Positions 40,846 through 50,008 of a stretch of 64,000 nucleotides of DNA are shown one piece after another (within the stretch, counting starts at the first letter, position 1; every line of letters starts with the position of its first letter). Position numbers and translations under genes: made by a program. The stretch is from assembly GCA_963736115.1 (NCBI GenBank), contig CAVTNR010000008.1, positions 32,001 through 96,000 of the forward strand. Reading direction: 5' to 3'. Under the pieces are notes generated by a model. That model worked only from the letters and a program-made list of their open reading frames with translations. It was not told the origin of the DNA and did not search any database. This stretch comes from an uncultured bacterium (GTDB lineage Bacteria > Zhuqueibacterota > QNDG01 > DTFT01).

Positions 40846-41877
40846 ATGAACGGCCACGCGTACACCGACATCGACCTGTGCTCCGTCATTCCGGCCCTTT
40901 GCGAGGGGTCGGTATCGGAGCGTGACACCGCGGCTTTCGCGAGGGTCTGCGTGCGGCTTTCCATCGCGACCCTGATGTTCCTGCAGTCGAGGGGTTACCG
41001 GATCATGGATGAGGCGGGAGGCGGCCCGTCGGTTGAGGATACGGCCGCGGATGCGGTGGCGGATCTCTTCGAGCGGGACGCCGCAGGGGAATACGTCCGG
41101 TTCCGCCGTTATTTCAGCCCGCACCTTGAAAAGACCGCATCGAACGCCGAATGGCTCGTGCTGCTTCGGCGGCTGGTGACGCGGCGCGTTCAGCAGGCCC
41201 TGTCGCGCGTGTTCCGGGAACGCGATCCCGAGGGTGCCCGGATCCGCCGCGGCCTGAAAATCGCCGCGCTGAAACACGGCCGGTGGAAACTCGAAACCGC
41301 ATTCGGCAGGCAGTGGATCAGGCTCGATCACGGCATTGTCCGCCCGGGAACCGGCGGCCTTTCCCTGCTGCAGGACGGACACCTCTCCGCTTTGGCCTGC
41401 GGCCGTTTCAATCCCCGCGACACTCTGCCCGTGATCCTCGACAAGCTTTCCGATTTCCTGATCGAGCATCCTGAACTGACGGCCCGAATCGAACTGAACG
41501 ACGCGGTGCGGCTCGTGCGCGGTTACCGGAAGGGCGCGGAACGGGCCGATGTGCCGCCGCCCTCCGAATCGCCTCTGTCTCCGGACCTGATCCAGGCGAT
41601 CGAGTCCGGACGCGACAGCCTGTTCCTGAAAATCCAAAGGGATTACAGGGCCAAAGGGAAACTCGATGAGAAAGAAGCTGAGGCTTTCCGGCTGGCCCTT
41701 TCGGACATGGTGGAGGATGTGCTCGCGGGCGACCCGCTGGGGCCTTATTTCGAGTATCTCCGCGTCCGTTTAAAGGGTTTGGATGAAGAACGCTACCGGA
41801 CCCAACTCCGTACAAAATTTGAATATATGGCCAAATTGCTGAAGCGGAAAATTGAAAGAGCGGTTTCTATTTTCTGA
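40846..41877 (+). CDS. Hypothetical protein with ECF sigma region-2-like N-terminus (putative divergent sigma factor)
   Basis: AAFARVC, VEDTAADAVADLFE, WLVLLRRLV.RR echo sigma2 motifs; precedes a ZAS anti-sigma-like gene. Confidence 0.55.
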   Translation: MNGHAYTDIDLCSVIPALCEGSVSERDTAAFARVCVRLSIATLMFLQSRGYRIMDEAGGGPSVEDTAADAVADLFERDAAGEYVRFRRYFSPHLEKTASNAEWLVLLRRLVTRRVQQALSRVFRERDPEGARIRRGLKIAALKHGRWKLETAFGRQWIRLDHGIVRPGTGGLSLLQDGHLSALACGRFNPRDTLPVILDKLSDFLIEHPELTARIELNDAVRLVRGYRKGAERADVPPPSESPLSPDLIQAIESGRDSLFLKIQRDYRAKGKLDEKEAEAFRLALSDMVEDVLAGDPLGPYFEYLRVRLKGLDEERYRTQLRTKFEYMAKLLKRKIERAVSIF

Positions 41878-41994
41878 GGATTCGGGGAATGGGGGTATTA
41901 ATAAGATAGGAGTTCATAGAAAAAAATTTGTTGGAAAGCCGAATACATGGAGTTCACCCTTTAGGGTTTCATTGATAAAAGTGCCGATATAAAC

Positions 41995-42085
41995 ATGTCC
42001 GAAAGCCTCGCCTTCCCGCTTCGCGGGACCAATCGACAGATTCCCGCTATTGAAGGGCTTCGCGGGCTCGGCATTTCGGACCTAC
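41995..42085 (-). repeat. GTAGGTCCGAAAT-family palindromic element
   Basis: atgtccgaaagcctcg...ggctcggcatttcggacctac, homologous to 8446-8496. Confidence 0.75.
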
Positions 42086-42108
42086 AAGTACTCAATTGTT
42101 ATAATTCA

Positions 42109-42198
42109 GAATCCGGAACCTGGAACCCAGAACCTGGAACCCAGAACCCGAACGATCTCGACCATGAACTATGAACCATGAACTATGAACTATGAACT
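42109..42198 (+). repeat. Two adjacent heptamer tracts (GAACCTG/GAACCCA)n and (TATGAAC)n
   Basis: ggaacctggaacccagaacctggaacccagaacc then ccatgaactatgaaccatgaactatgaactatgaac. Confidence 0.85.
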
Positions 42199-43067
42199 TG
42201 CAGGAAATGTTAAACTGCCCAGATAAAAACCGTATCGAGCTCTTCCTGCTCGGCGGCGTGACCGACGCTGCCGAGGCCGCACGGATTCGCTCGCACCTTT
42301 CCGCGTGCCCGGCCTGCAGGCTGGCCGCGGAAGAGGCCGAAGCCTTTCACCGGGTGGCCGGATCCATTCCCTCCGAACAGATCGACCGGATGGTCCGCCG
42401 GGTGCTGTCCGGAGCCGCGGTCGGGCCGGCCGTCGCAGGACGCGTTCTCGAGCTCAAACCGATGGCCCTGCCGGGGCATTCTCCACGCCGCACGCTCCTC
42501 GCCGCGGATCACGGCCCGACTGGCCGTTTCGAGCCGGTACAGACCTATGCCAATGTCGAGGCTGACCTCGTCGCCAGGCTCCTCAGGGACAATGCGTCCC
42601 GGGAACTGTCGCTCTATCTGGTCGAATCCGGGGGAGAGCCGGCCGCGAACCGCGTTCTCGAGATCGAGGGCCAGGAGGAACAATACGCCGCGGACGAGAC
42701 CGGCCGCGTGGAGCTTCAGGGTTTGTCCGAAGATGAACTGAAGGGGCGGACCCTCCGCATCCGCTCCTCCATCGCGTTTTTCGATCTGGCGCCGGTGCAG
42801 GATCTCCGCGAGCGCATCCGTTTTGAAGGTCATTACGCGCTGCGGAACGCGGAATTCGACGAAATCCGCATTGAGACCGAGGAGGCGGAGGGCCGCACAC
42901 TCACGCGCATCCGGATTGAAAAGATACGCGGAGCCGGGGCGACGGCTGTCGTGGGCGTGAGTGTTTCGAGGCGCGGCGACTCTCCGCTGACCTCGCCCGT
43001 GGTGCGGGGCGCGGCTGTGTTCGAAGAGCTGGACCCGGAGCGGATCCTGAAGATCCGGATTTACTGA
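42192..43067 (+). CDS. Soluble zinc-finger (zf-HC2/ZAS) anti-sigma-like protein
   Basis: NCPD...F..G......IRSHLSACPAC (HxxxCxxC); no TM; beta-rich C-terminal domains; alternative start 42207. Confidence 0.75.
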   Translation: MNLQEMLNCPDKNRIELFLLGGVTDAAEAARIRSHLSACPACRLAAEEAEAFHRVAGSIPSEQIDRMVRRVLSGAAVGPAVAGRVLELKPMALPGHSPRRTLLAADHGPTGRFEPVQTYANVEADLVARLLRDNASRELSLYLVESGGEPAANRVLEIEGQEEQYAADETGRVELQGLSEDELKGRTLRIRSSIAFFDLAPVQDLRERIRFEGHYALRNAEFDEIRIETEEAEGRTLTRIRIEKIRGAGATAVVGVSVSRRGDSPLTSPVVRGAAVFEELDPERILKIRIY

Positions 43068-43120
43068 ACGGTTCCGGCCGACCGGCATCCGGAACCGGGG
43101 CCCGGGGAAACCATGAACGC

Positions 43121-45427
43121 ATGAAAACCATCGAACTCGAACAGGCGCGCTGCCGCCTGGCGGAACGCCTGGCCGGACCCGCTTCCGGCCATGAAAAACT
43201 GACGTTCATCGTCCGCTTTTTCAGGGCCGCCTCCCCGCAATTCAGCGTGGACGCCCTCCGATCGTACCATCTGGAGTTCTCCTCCCCCTTTTTGAAAACA
43301 GCTTCGGCCGCGGCGCTCGCCAACCGGCCTCCCGGATTTCTGCTGAACACGCTCGAATTGGTCCGCGTGTACCGCGAGCGGTTCGCGGACGACACCGCGG
43401 CCGACGATCTCGATCGCGCGGAGCGCGCCTGCCGGCTGGCTTTGCTGGAGACAGCCGTCGTGCTCGGCGAATGGGGGCCGGCCCGCGAATCGCTCGAAGC
43501 CCTGTCCGGCGAACGCCTGCCTGCGGAACCCGCGGACACGGAGGGTTCAGCGTCGCATTATCCCCTTGAAGCCTGCGGGAAACTGGCCGCGAGTCTGATC
43601 GGGCCCTGTCCCGCTGCGGCCGGCATTGTGCAATCCGTCGCGGACCGCTGGTCTTCGGAATTCGGGGGACAGACCGGGGACCGGCTGTGGCTTCTGTTCG
43701 CGCAGAAGGCGGATGAGAACGGGCCGGCGCATTCGGAGCCGGACTGCGGCTTCCTGATCGCGGCCGGACTCCGGACACGGGTCCGGCTCCACCCCGACGC
43801 AGCGGACGATACGATACGGCTGAACAACGACTGGGTGTCCCGATCGGAGCCGTTCCACAGGCTCATCCGGGACGCTTTGACCTCCATGCGGCCCATACTG
43901 GCGAAAACCGGGTATGCGGCGCCTTCGGATCAGCACGGCCACTTTCTGTTCGCCCTGTCCGAAAGGGAGGCGGCGTTTTACGGCAGGTCCCTGGAAGCGC
44001 CCCTGGCCCTTCTGGCCGCGGGCGGGCTGGTGAACGGTTACTACGGCCGGCCGCTCGTCCTGTTCCCAAATAGTACGGCCGTGACCGGCGGCGTGGACGG
44101 AGAAGGCCGCATTCTGCCCGTGGACAAGGACGGGTTGAAGGCCAAGCTTCATGCGGCTTTTTTCTCGCCCCTCAGACGCGTCGTGGTGCCGTGGCCGAAT
44201 CTCCAGGAAGCCGTTTCCGTCATCGAGAAGCTCCGGATTTCCCATCCGAACCGCAGACTCGATCTGCAGAGCGCGGATACGCTCGAAGCGCTCTGGAACG
44301 ACCGCAATGTCGCTGAGGCCGGACGAGTCACGACAGCGGTCAGGCTGACCGCGGGCCTGAGGCGGAACCGGAATCGGATCGCCTGGTCCGCGGCCTGGGC
44401 CGGCATTCTGCTCACCAGCGCCCTTCTGCTTCTGCCCCTGCTATGGCGGGACAGGAATCCCGCCTCGATCGACGTTTCCGGATCGGTGCTCGTGGCGAGG
44501 AGCGCGGGAGGCCGGGAATTATGGAAGTACGATTTCGGTGTCCCGCTGACGCGAAACCGTTATGCGGATCCTTCTCTCCGGGTTCGCGTTACGGATGCGG
44601 ACGGCGACGGCAGGCGGGAGGTGCTGTTCGGAGTCTATGAATCGACCGATCTGGGCGCGCTGAATGGATCGATTTTCCTTTTCAGCGCGGATGGGGATGT
44701 CCGTCTCCGCCTGAAAACGGGGCGGGCCATGAAATTCGGCGGTGCGCTCTACGAGGACCATTACCGCGTGGCGTTCGCGGACGCGGTCGATCTGGACGGG
44801 GACGGAGTGAAGGAGATTGTGTCGATTTCCTTCCATTATCCCGATTATCCCTGCTGCGTGAACGTCTGGAGCCTGTCCGGGGAGAAGCTGGGCGAGTACT
44901 GGCATTCCGGACAGCTGGAAAAGGCTGAGTACATTGACGCGGACGGGGACGGGGTCCGGGAACTGTTCCTGGCCGGTCAGAACAATGAATACCGCTGTGC
45001 CGTACTGGCCGTTCTCAAACCGCCCCGTCTGACCGGGGCCTCGCCCCAGACCCCGGCCGGCCATTACCGGGCGGAAGGGCTCGAAACAGGCGGGGAGATG
45101 CAGTATGTCCGTTTTCCGAAGAGCGTCCTAAGTGAACTGGCCTTGAACCGGGACACGGCTCTACATGCGGAGGAAAACAACGGACGAATCCGCGTGGGTC
45201 TGGCGAATCCGGCCGCATCGGCCGGCGGCACGCAATCTCATTTTATCTATTACGTTTTCGATCCGCGGTTCCGCCTTCTCGACGTGGACGTCGGGGACTG
45301 TTATTTCAGCAGGGTGTTTGAACTCAGGGGAAGGCCCCTGACCGATTCGGAACTGTCCAGGCCCGTCCTCCGTTTTGACGGGAAAGGATGGTCGCAAATT
45401 GAACAGGTTCGGGCCGGGTTGGAATAA
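43121..45427 (+). CDS. Membrane protein: cytoplasmic Lon (S16)-like protease domain + TM + FG-GAP/VCBS beta-propeller
   Basis: GRSL..PLAL, AVTG.V...G.ILPV...GLKAK..AA, VVVP..N align with Lon C-domain; TM after RRNRNR; three D.DGDG..E repeats. Confidence 0.75.
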   Translation: MKTIELEQARCRLAERLAGPASGHEKLTFIVRFFRAASPQFSVDALRSYHLEFSSPFLKTASAAALANRPPGFLLNTLELVRVYRERFADDTAADDLDRAERACRLALLETAVVLGEWGPARESLEALSGERLPAEPADTEGSASHYPLEACGKLAASLIGPCPAAAGIVQSVADRWSSEFGGQTGDRLWLLFAQKADENGPAHSEPDCGFLIAAGLRTRVRLHPDAADDTIRLNNDWVSRSEPFHRLIRDALTSMRPILAKTGYAAPSDQHGHFLFALSEREAAFYGRSLEAPLALLAAGGLVNGYYGRPLVLFPNSTAVTGGVDGEGRILPVDKDGLKAKLHAAFFSPLRRVVVPWPNLQEAVSVIEKLRISHPNRRLDLQSADTLEALWNDRNVAEAGRVTTAVRLTAGLRRNRNRIAWSAAWAGILLTSALLLLPLLWRDRNPASIDVSGSVLVARSAGGRELWKYDFGVPLTRNRYADPSLRVRVTDADGDGRREVLFGVYESTDLGALNGSIFLFSADGDVRLRLKTGRAMKFGGALYEDHYRVAFADAVDLDGDGVKEIVSISFHYPDYPCCVNVWSLSGEKLGEYWHSGQLEKAEYIDADGDGVRELFLAGQNNEYRCAVLAVLKPPRLTGASPQTPAGHYRAEGLETGGEMQYVRFPKSVLSELALNRDTALHAEENNGRIRVGLANPAASAGGTQSHFIYYVFDPRFRLLDVDVGDCYFSRVFELRGRPLTDSELSRPVLRFDGKGWSQIEQVRAGLE

Positions 45428-45459
45428 CCGGTTCCCATCCGGACTGCGGCACGGACCCG

Positions 45460-45482
45460 GGGCCCTTGAGGGCCTTTTTTTA
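45460..45482 (+). terminator. Intrinsic terminator closing the three-gene module
   Basis: ggccc-ttga-gggcc + T6. Confidence 0.65.
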
Positions 45483-45733
45483 TTGGATTTTCTGCGGCAA
45501 GCCGGGATGTTGCTATGTAAAGGTATCGGCGGGAGCAATCATACGGTCAATCAGGTTGACAAAGCCGAATGTCCATTTACCGGAATTTGAATTTTCACCC
45601 CCCCGGGCCCCCTCCCTTGCACCAGGGAGGGGGCGGGCCGGGGGATGCGGAATCGAAAAGCAGATCCGGCCATCCGGCCAGGAAAGGGGACAGGGAGCCG
45701 GCTGAGCCGGTCGGAGGCCGCCCCGGATCCCGG

Positions 45734-46024
45734 ATGATGCATTTCGAGATGGAACTGCCGGGTGTGCTCAACTGGAAATTCAGCACACTCGATGAGGCCG
45801 TGAGCCGGACCCTTCGGCTGATGATCCGGTCGGTGCCGGTCGCGAGGATTTACAACCTGAATGAGGACGGTGAAAGGGAGGGAATTTCCCTGTGGCTGGA
45901 AAAATGCGGTGTCGCGTGCCCGTCCTGCCTCGAGGATGAAGCCGTGGTCTTGATGTCCGGCATACCGGAGCAGTACGATGAACTGGCGGTGTGCCGGAAA
46001 TGCCAGTGCTCGTTTAAATTATAG
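45734..46024 (+). CDS. Small hypothetical zinc-ribbon protein
   Basis: CPSC...CRKC; followed by a terminator. Confidence 0.55.
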   Translation: MMHFEMELPGVLNWKFSTLDEAVSRTLRLMIRSVPVARIYNLNEDGEREGISLWLEKCGVACPSCLEDEAVVLMSGIPEQYDELAVCRKCQCSFKL

Positions 46025-46061
46025 GATCCGTGTAACCTGCCAAGCCTCCTTGTCCTCTGTC

Positions 46062-46094
46062 AAAGGCGGGTTCCTTCGGGGACCCGCCTTTTTT
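46062..46094. terminator. Intrinsic terminator
   Basis: aaaggcgggttcc-ttcg-gggacccgcctttttt. Confidence 0.8.
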
Positions 46095-46212
46095 ATGATC
46101 GCAATCGGAATCACTGATCGCCCGGGATTTTTATCCCGGGCATAGTCGAAAGAAAAAACTCCCGCGGGTTTTTCATGCCCGCGGGAGTTTTTCGCGATAA
46201 CGCAAAAAGGGG

Positions 46213-47055
46213 TCAGCCCTTGACGCTTCCGAGCGTCAGCCCGGAAATGAGCCAGCGGCTGAGAAAGAGGAAAAGCAGAACCACGGGGATGGACACCACG
46301 ACCGCGCCGGCCGAATACAGGCCCCAGGCCACCTCCATGTTCGACTGGAACATCTTGAGGCCCAGGGGAAGGGTGAACAGCTTCTGGTCCTGAATGATGA
46401 CCGCGGCCACGAGATATTCCGACCAGGCCGCCATGAACGAGAATAGGGCGTTGATGACCAGGGCCGGCGCGGCGAGGGGAAGGACGATTCTCCAGAACAC
46501 GCCCACGCGGGAGCATCCGTCGATGATGGCGGCCTCTTCCAGGCTGACGGGAATGGTGTCATAGAAGCCCTTCATCTGCCAGATGGTGAACGGCAGGGCC
46601 GTGGCGGAGTAGGCGATGATCAAACCCAGGTAATTGTCGTAGGCGCGGACTTTGATCAGCAGAATGAAGAGGGGGAGGAGAAGCATGGTCGCCGGGAACA
46701 TCTGCGTGGTGAGAATGGCGATCATGGAGCCGTTGCGGCCCCTGAACCGGAACCGGGAGAACGCGTACCCCGCTGTGGCGGCCAGGCCCGCGCCGATCAC
46801 GGTGACCACCGCCGAGACCTGCACGCTGTTCCACAGCCAGCGCAGGAAGGGCTCCTGCGTGAACAGCCGGACATAGGTGTCGAGCGTCGCGCCGTCCGGA
46901 ATGATGGCGAGCGACTTGGAAAGCAGGCGGTCGCCCGGACGGAGGGATACGGAGATCACCTGGAGAACCGGCCAGACGGCGAACGCCGTGATGAGCAGCA
47001 GGTAGAAGTGGCTTAGAATCTGACCGGTCCGGGAAAGGTCTCGGGGTTTTTTCAT
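46213..47055 (-). CDS. malG: Sugar ABC transporter permease (MalG-like)
   Basis: QMFP..MLL.PL, KGFYDTIP.SLEEAA.IDG (EAA loop), GLTLGSVKG. Confidence 0.9.
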   Translation of the reverse strand: MKKPRDLSRTGQILSHFYLLLITAFAVWPVLQVISVSLRPGDRLLSKSLAIIPDGATLDTYVRLFTQEPFLRWLWNSVQVSAVVTVIGAGLAATAGYAFSRFRFRGRNGSMIAILTTQMFPATMLLLPLFILLIKVRAYDNYLGLIIAYSATALPFTIWQMKGFYDTIPVSLEEAAIIDGCSRVGVFWRIVLPLAAPALVINALFSFMAAWSEYLVAAVIIQDQKLFTLPLGLKMFQSNMEVAWGLYSAGAVVVSIPVVLLFLFLSRWLISGLTLGSVKG

Positions 47056-47120
47056 CTTGTTGCTCGTTTGATATTCATGAACCACTTTTCTAAATACGGC
47101 AATCCGAAACCGCTTTCTTG

Positions 47121-47203
47121 AGTTCATAGTTCATGGTTCATCGTTCATAGTCGAAGGAAGCTTGGATTTTTTTCTATGGACCATGAACTATGAACTATGA
47201 ACT
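47121..47203. repeat. Inverted pair of heptamer (GTTCATA)n tracts
   Basis: agttcatagttcatggttcatcgttcatag ... ctatggaccatgaactatgaactatgaact; same family as 6549-6654. Confidence 0.9.
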
Positions 47204-48093
47204 TAATACACAGACTCCGCCGCTTTCGTCCGGGTGATGAACTTCCAGCTGAACGCCAGCAGAATGACGAAAATCACCATGGAGAACGCGGCCGCGTACC
47301 CGATGCGGAAATACGTGAACGCGCTCTTGTACACCCACGACACCAGGATGTGGGTCTTGTCCGACGGCTCGCCGCCGTTCGACACGAGCCACACCACGTT
47401 GAAATTGTTGAAGGTCCAGATGACGCCCAGCGTGATGGCCGGGACCATGACGGGCTTGAGCAGGGGGATGGTGATGTTGCGCAGGCGGCTCCACCACGAG
47501 GCGCCGTCCATGTCCGCCGCCTCGTACAGCTCGTCGGGAATGCTCTGCAGGGCGCCGAGCGCCACGATCATCATGAACGGGAAACCGAGCCAGATGTTGG
47601 TGACCAGGCAGGCGGCGAATGCCCCCCATTCCGACGTCAGCCAGGGCACTGAAATCCCGAACAGCCGCGTCAGCGTCAGGTTCACGGCGCCGTACTCGGC
47701 GTTGAACATGCCGCGCCAGGTCAGGGCCGTGATGTACTGGGGCACGGCCCAGGGCAGGATGAGGAGGGTCCGGTACACCGACTTGCCCTTGATGTTCTTG
47801 TTCAGAACGAGAGCCAGAGACACGCCGATGAGAACGTGAAAGAAGACGTTGATCACGGTCCAGAGCACGTTTTTGAAGAGGATATAGCCGAAGGTCCGGT
47901 CGGACAGCACCTGAAGGTAGTTCTGCGGGCCGATGAGGCGCCAGTCCCTGAAGTGCGTGAGGCTCATGTTGGAGAAGGAGACCACGACATTGAAGACGAA
48001 CGGGTACACGACCATCAGGGACATGACGAAGAAGGATGGAAGGATGAAGGCTGCGGCGAGGCCGTTCGACTGACCCGGTGCGTTGCGGCTCAT
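47203..48093 (-). CDS. malF: Sugar ABC transporter permease (MalF-like)
   Basis: LILPWAVP, NIWLGFPFMM, LQSIP.ELYEAA.MDGA, FNNFNV. Confidence 0.9.
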   Translation of the reverse strand: MSRNAPGQSNGLAAAFILPSFFVMSLMVVYPFVFNVVVSFSNMSLTHFRDWRLIGPQNYLQVLSDRTFGYILFKNVLWTVINVFFHVLIGVSLALVLNKNIKGKSVYRTLLILPWAVPQYITALTWRGMFNAEYGAVNLTLTRLFGISVPWLTSEWGAFAACLVTNIWLGFPFMMIVALGALQSIPDELYEAADMDGASWWSRLRNITIPLLKPVMVPAITLGVIWTFNNFNVVWLVSNGGEPSDKTHILVSWVYKSAFTYFRIGYAAAFSMVIFVILLAFSWKFITRTKAAESVY

Positions 48094-48096
48094 GCG

Positions 48097-49377
48097 TCAC
48101 TCCCGGTTTTCACGGATGAGCTTCTCGGCCAGGGCCTGCATGTCGGCTGCGGCGCGCTCGGGGCTGAGGGCGCCCCGAAAAATGGCCTGATAGCCCGGCC
48201 GCATCGCGTCCCAGATCCACCGCATCTCCGTGACCGGCGGCATCAGCCGGCCGACCCGCATCTGGTCCAGCGACGCCGCGGCGAGCGGATCGCCGCTGAC
48301 GACGGGGCTGTCGAAACCGTCCCTGCGCGACGGCAGGGAGACGGAGAGCCGGGTGAAATCGAGTTGAACGGCCGTGGAAGTGAGGTACCGCATCAACGAC
48401 AGCGCGATCTCGCGCTTCTCGCCCTTCGCGTTGACGTTCAACGAATACCCGAGGGGCGAGACCATGGGCGCGGGCCACAGGCCCGTCTCGTCGATTTTCG
48501 GGATGCGGGCGATGCCGATGTCGATGCCGTTCTCGATATAGGTGCCCCACGACCAGGACCCGTTGATGATCATGGCCGCAAGACCGTCCTTGAACAGGGC
48601 GTTGGCGATCTCATAGTCGCATTCCGCGGGGATGATTTTATGCGTGTGCCCGAGCTCCCAGATGAACCGGCAGGCCCTGACCATGGCGGGGGTGTCGAGG
48701 GTGGGGCGGTTGCCGTCGTCGATGATCCAGCCGCCGAACCCGCCGATGAACGGGATCGCGAAGAACGGCTCGGTGTAATTCCAGACCAGCGCGTACCGGT
48801 CCGGTTTGCCGTCTCCGTCAAGATCTTTTGTCAGTTTTTTGCCGACCCGGATGAGCTCCGACATGGTTTCGGGCGGTCTGGAGATGAGCTTTTTATTGTA
48901 CACGAGGCAGAGGTGGTTGCCGACGCGGTCCGCGATCTGATAGAGATGCCCGTCCATTCGGGTATTGGCGGTAAAAGGCTCGGTCAGGAAACTGTCCAGA
49001 AAAGAGGTCTGAAAGAAGGGCTCGAGCGGCTGGATGACCTTCATTTCATGGAAAGGACCGATGTTGTCGCTCGCGCCCCAGAACAGCTCCGGGCCGGATC
49101 CGCCCAGGGCCGAGATGATGAAATTCGTGCGCGCCGTCTCGTTCTGGTAGTACAGCTCCCCGAATTCCCAGCCGGGGTGCCGCTTCCCGAATTCGGCCAG
49201 GTGCCTGCGGAGGAGGTCCGCCTCGACCGGCCGCATGGAATGCCAGACGAGGATGCGATGAGGATCACGCCCGGCGCAGCCGGGCAGGAGAAAGGCCGTC
49301 AGCGTCAGAACCGCGCACGCGGTTATCCCGAAGATCAGGAGCGGGCGTCGGAGGATGTACCGGTCAGCCGTCGTCAT
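48097..49377 (-). CDS. Maltose/maltodextrin-type solute-binding lipoprotein (MalE-like)
   Basis: Lipobox LPGC; GPEL...SD..G, LVYNKKL, AAMIING.W, MP...EM..IW. Confidence 0.85.
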   Translation of the reverse strand: MTTADRYILRRPLLIFGITACAVLTLTAFLLPGCAGRDPHRILVWHSMRPVEADLLRRHLAEFGKRHPGWEFGELYYQNETARTNFIISALGGSGPELFWGASDNIGPFHEMKVIQPLEPFFQTSFLDSFLTEPFTANTRMDGHLYQIADRVGNHLCLVYNKKLISRPPETMSELIRVGKKLTKDLDGDGKPDRYALVWNYTEPFFAIPFIGGFGGWIIDDGNRPTLDTPAMVRACRFIWELGHTHKIIPAECDYEIANALFKDGLAAMIINGSWSWGTYIENGIDIGIARIPKIDETGLWPAPMVSPLGYSLNVNAKGEKREIALSLMRYLTSTAVQLDFTRLSVSLPSRRDGFDSPVVSGDPLAAASLDQMRVGRLMPPVTEMRWIWDAMRPGYQAIFRGALSPERAAADMQALAEKLIRENRE

Positions 49378-49389
49378 GGCGGAAGTCCG

Positions 49390-49806
49390 TCAGATGTTCT
49401 TTCCCGTAGAGGTCATCACCAGCTTGCCGTGCTTGACGCCCTTGGCGCTGAGCAGGGAGTCGGCGATTTTTTTAAGCGTAGCGGCCCGGCCCCGCACGGC
49501 CAGGACTTCGAGGCAGTGGTGTTCGTCGAGGTGAATGTGCATGGCCGAGAGGATCTGGCCGTGCCAGCGGTGCTGGAGCGAGGTGAGTTTTTCGGTGAGT
49601 TCGTGCTGGTGGTGGTCGAAAACAAGCGTTATGGTGCCGACTGTTTCCTCCCGCTCGTCCTTCCATTCCTCCTGCACGAGCCGGTCGCGCACCAGGTCCC
49701 GGACCGCCTCGGAGCGGTTCGCGTACCCGTGGGTTTCCAAAAAGCCGTCGAACCGTTCCAGAAGCCTGGTATCCATGGAGATGCCGAAACGGATGAGTTC
49801 CGCCAT
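49390..49806 (-). CDS. nikR: Nickel-responsive regulator NikR
   Basis: RFGISM ribbon-helix-helix, NRSEA.RDL.R, H.HLD..HCLEV nickel site, GVKHGKL. Confidence 0.95.
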   Translation of the reverse strand: MAELIRFGISMDTRLLERFDGFLETHGYANRSEAVRDLVRDRLVQEEWKDEREETVGTITLVFDHHQHELTEKLTSLQHRWHGQILSAMHIHLDEHHCLEVLAVRGRAATLKKIADSLLSAKGVKHGKLVMTSTGKNI

Positions 49807-49902
49807 GCGTCTGCCCCGCTGATCAAAGGTTTCCGGACAGTGACCCGGTTCTTTCCAATATAAAAGAAAAGCCGAAAAAATCAAGCGGTCCTCTGTTTCT
49901 TC

Positions 49903-49964
49903 TTGACATCGGGGAGGCGGATTCTTATATTGTCAGTAGCACGATAACTTGAAACGTAACACGA
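49903..49964 (+). promoter_or_regulatory. sigma70 promoter plus candidate NikR operator
   Basis: TTGACA-N17-TATATT (49903-49931) followed by direct repeats GTAGCACGA (49936) / GTAACACGA (49956). Confidence 0.6.
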
Positions 49965-50008
49965 CAAGTGTCAAAAATTAAAAAACGTATCCTGCTTAAG
50001 GAGTGCCC

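Noticed and set aside
43121-45427. Second canonical Lon, or RadA/ComM
   Set aside because: No Walker A/B motifs; only the protease-like domain is present, followed by TM and propeller
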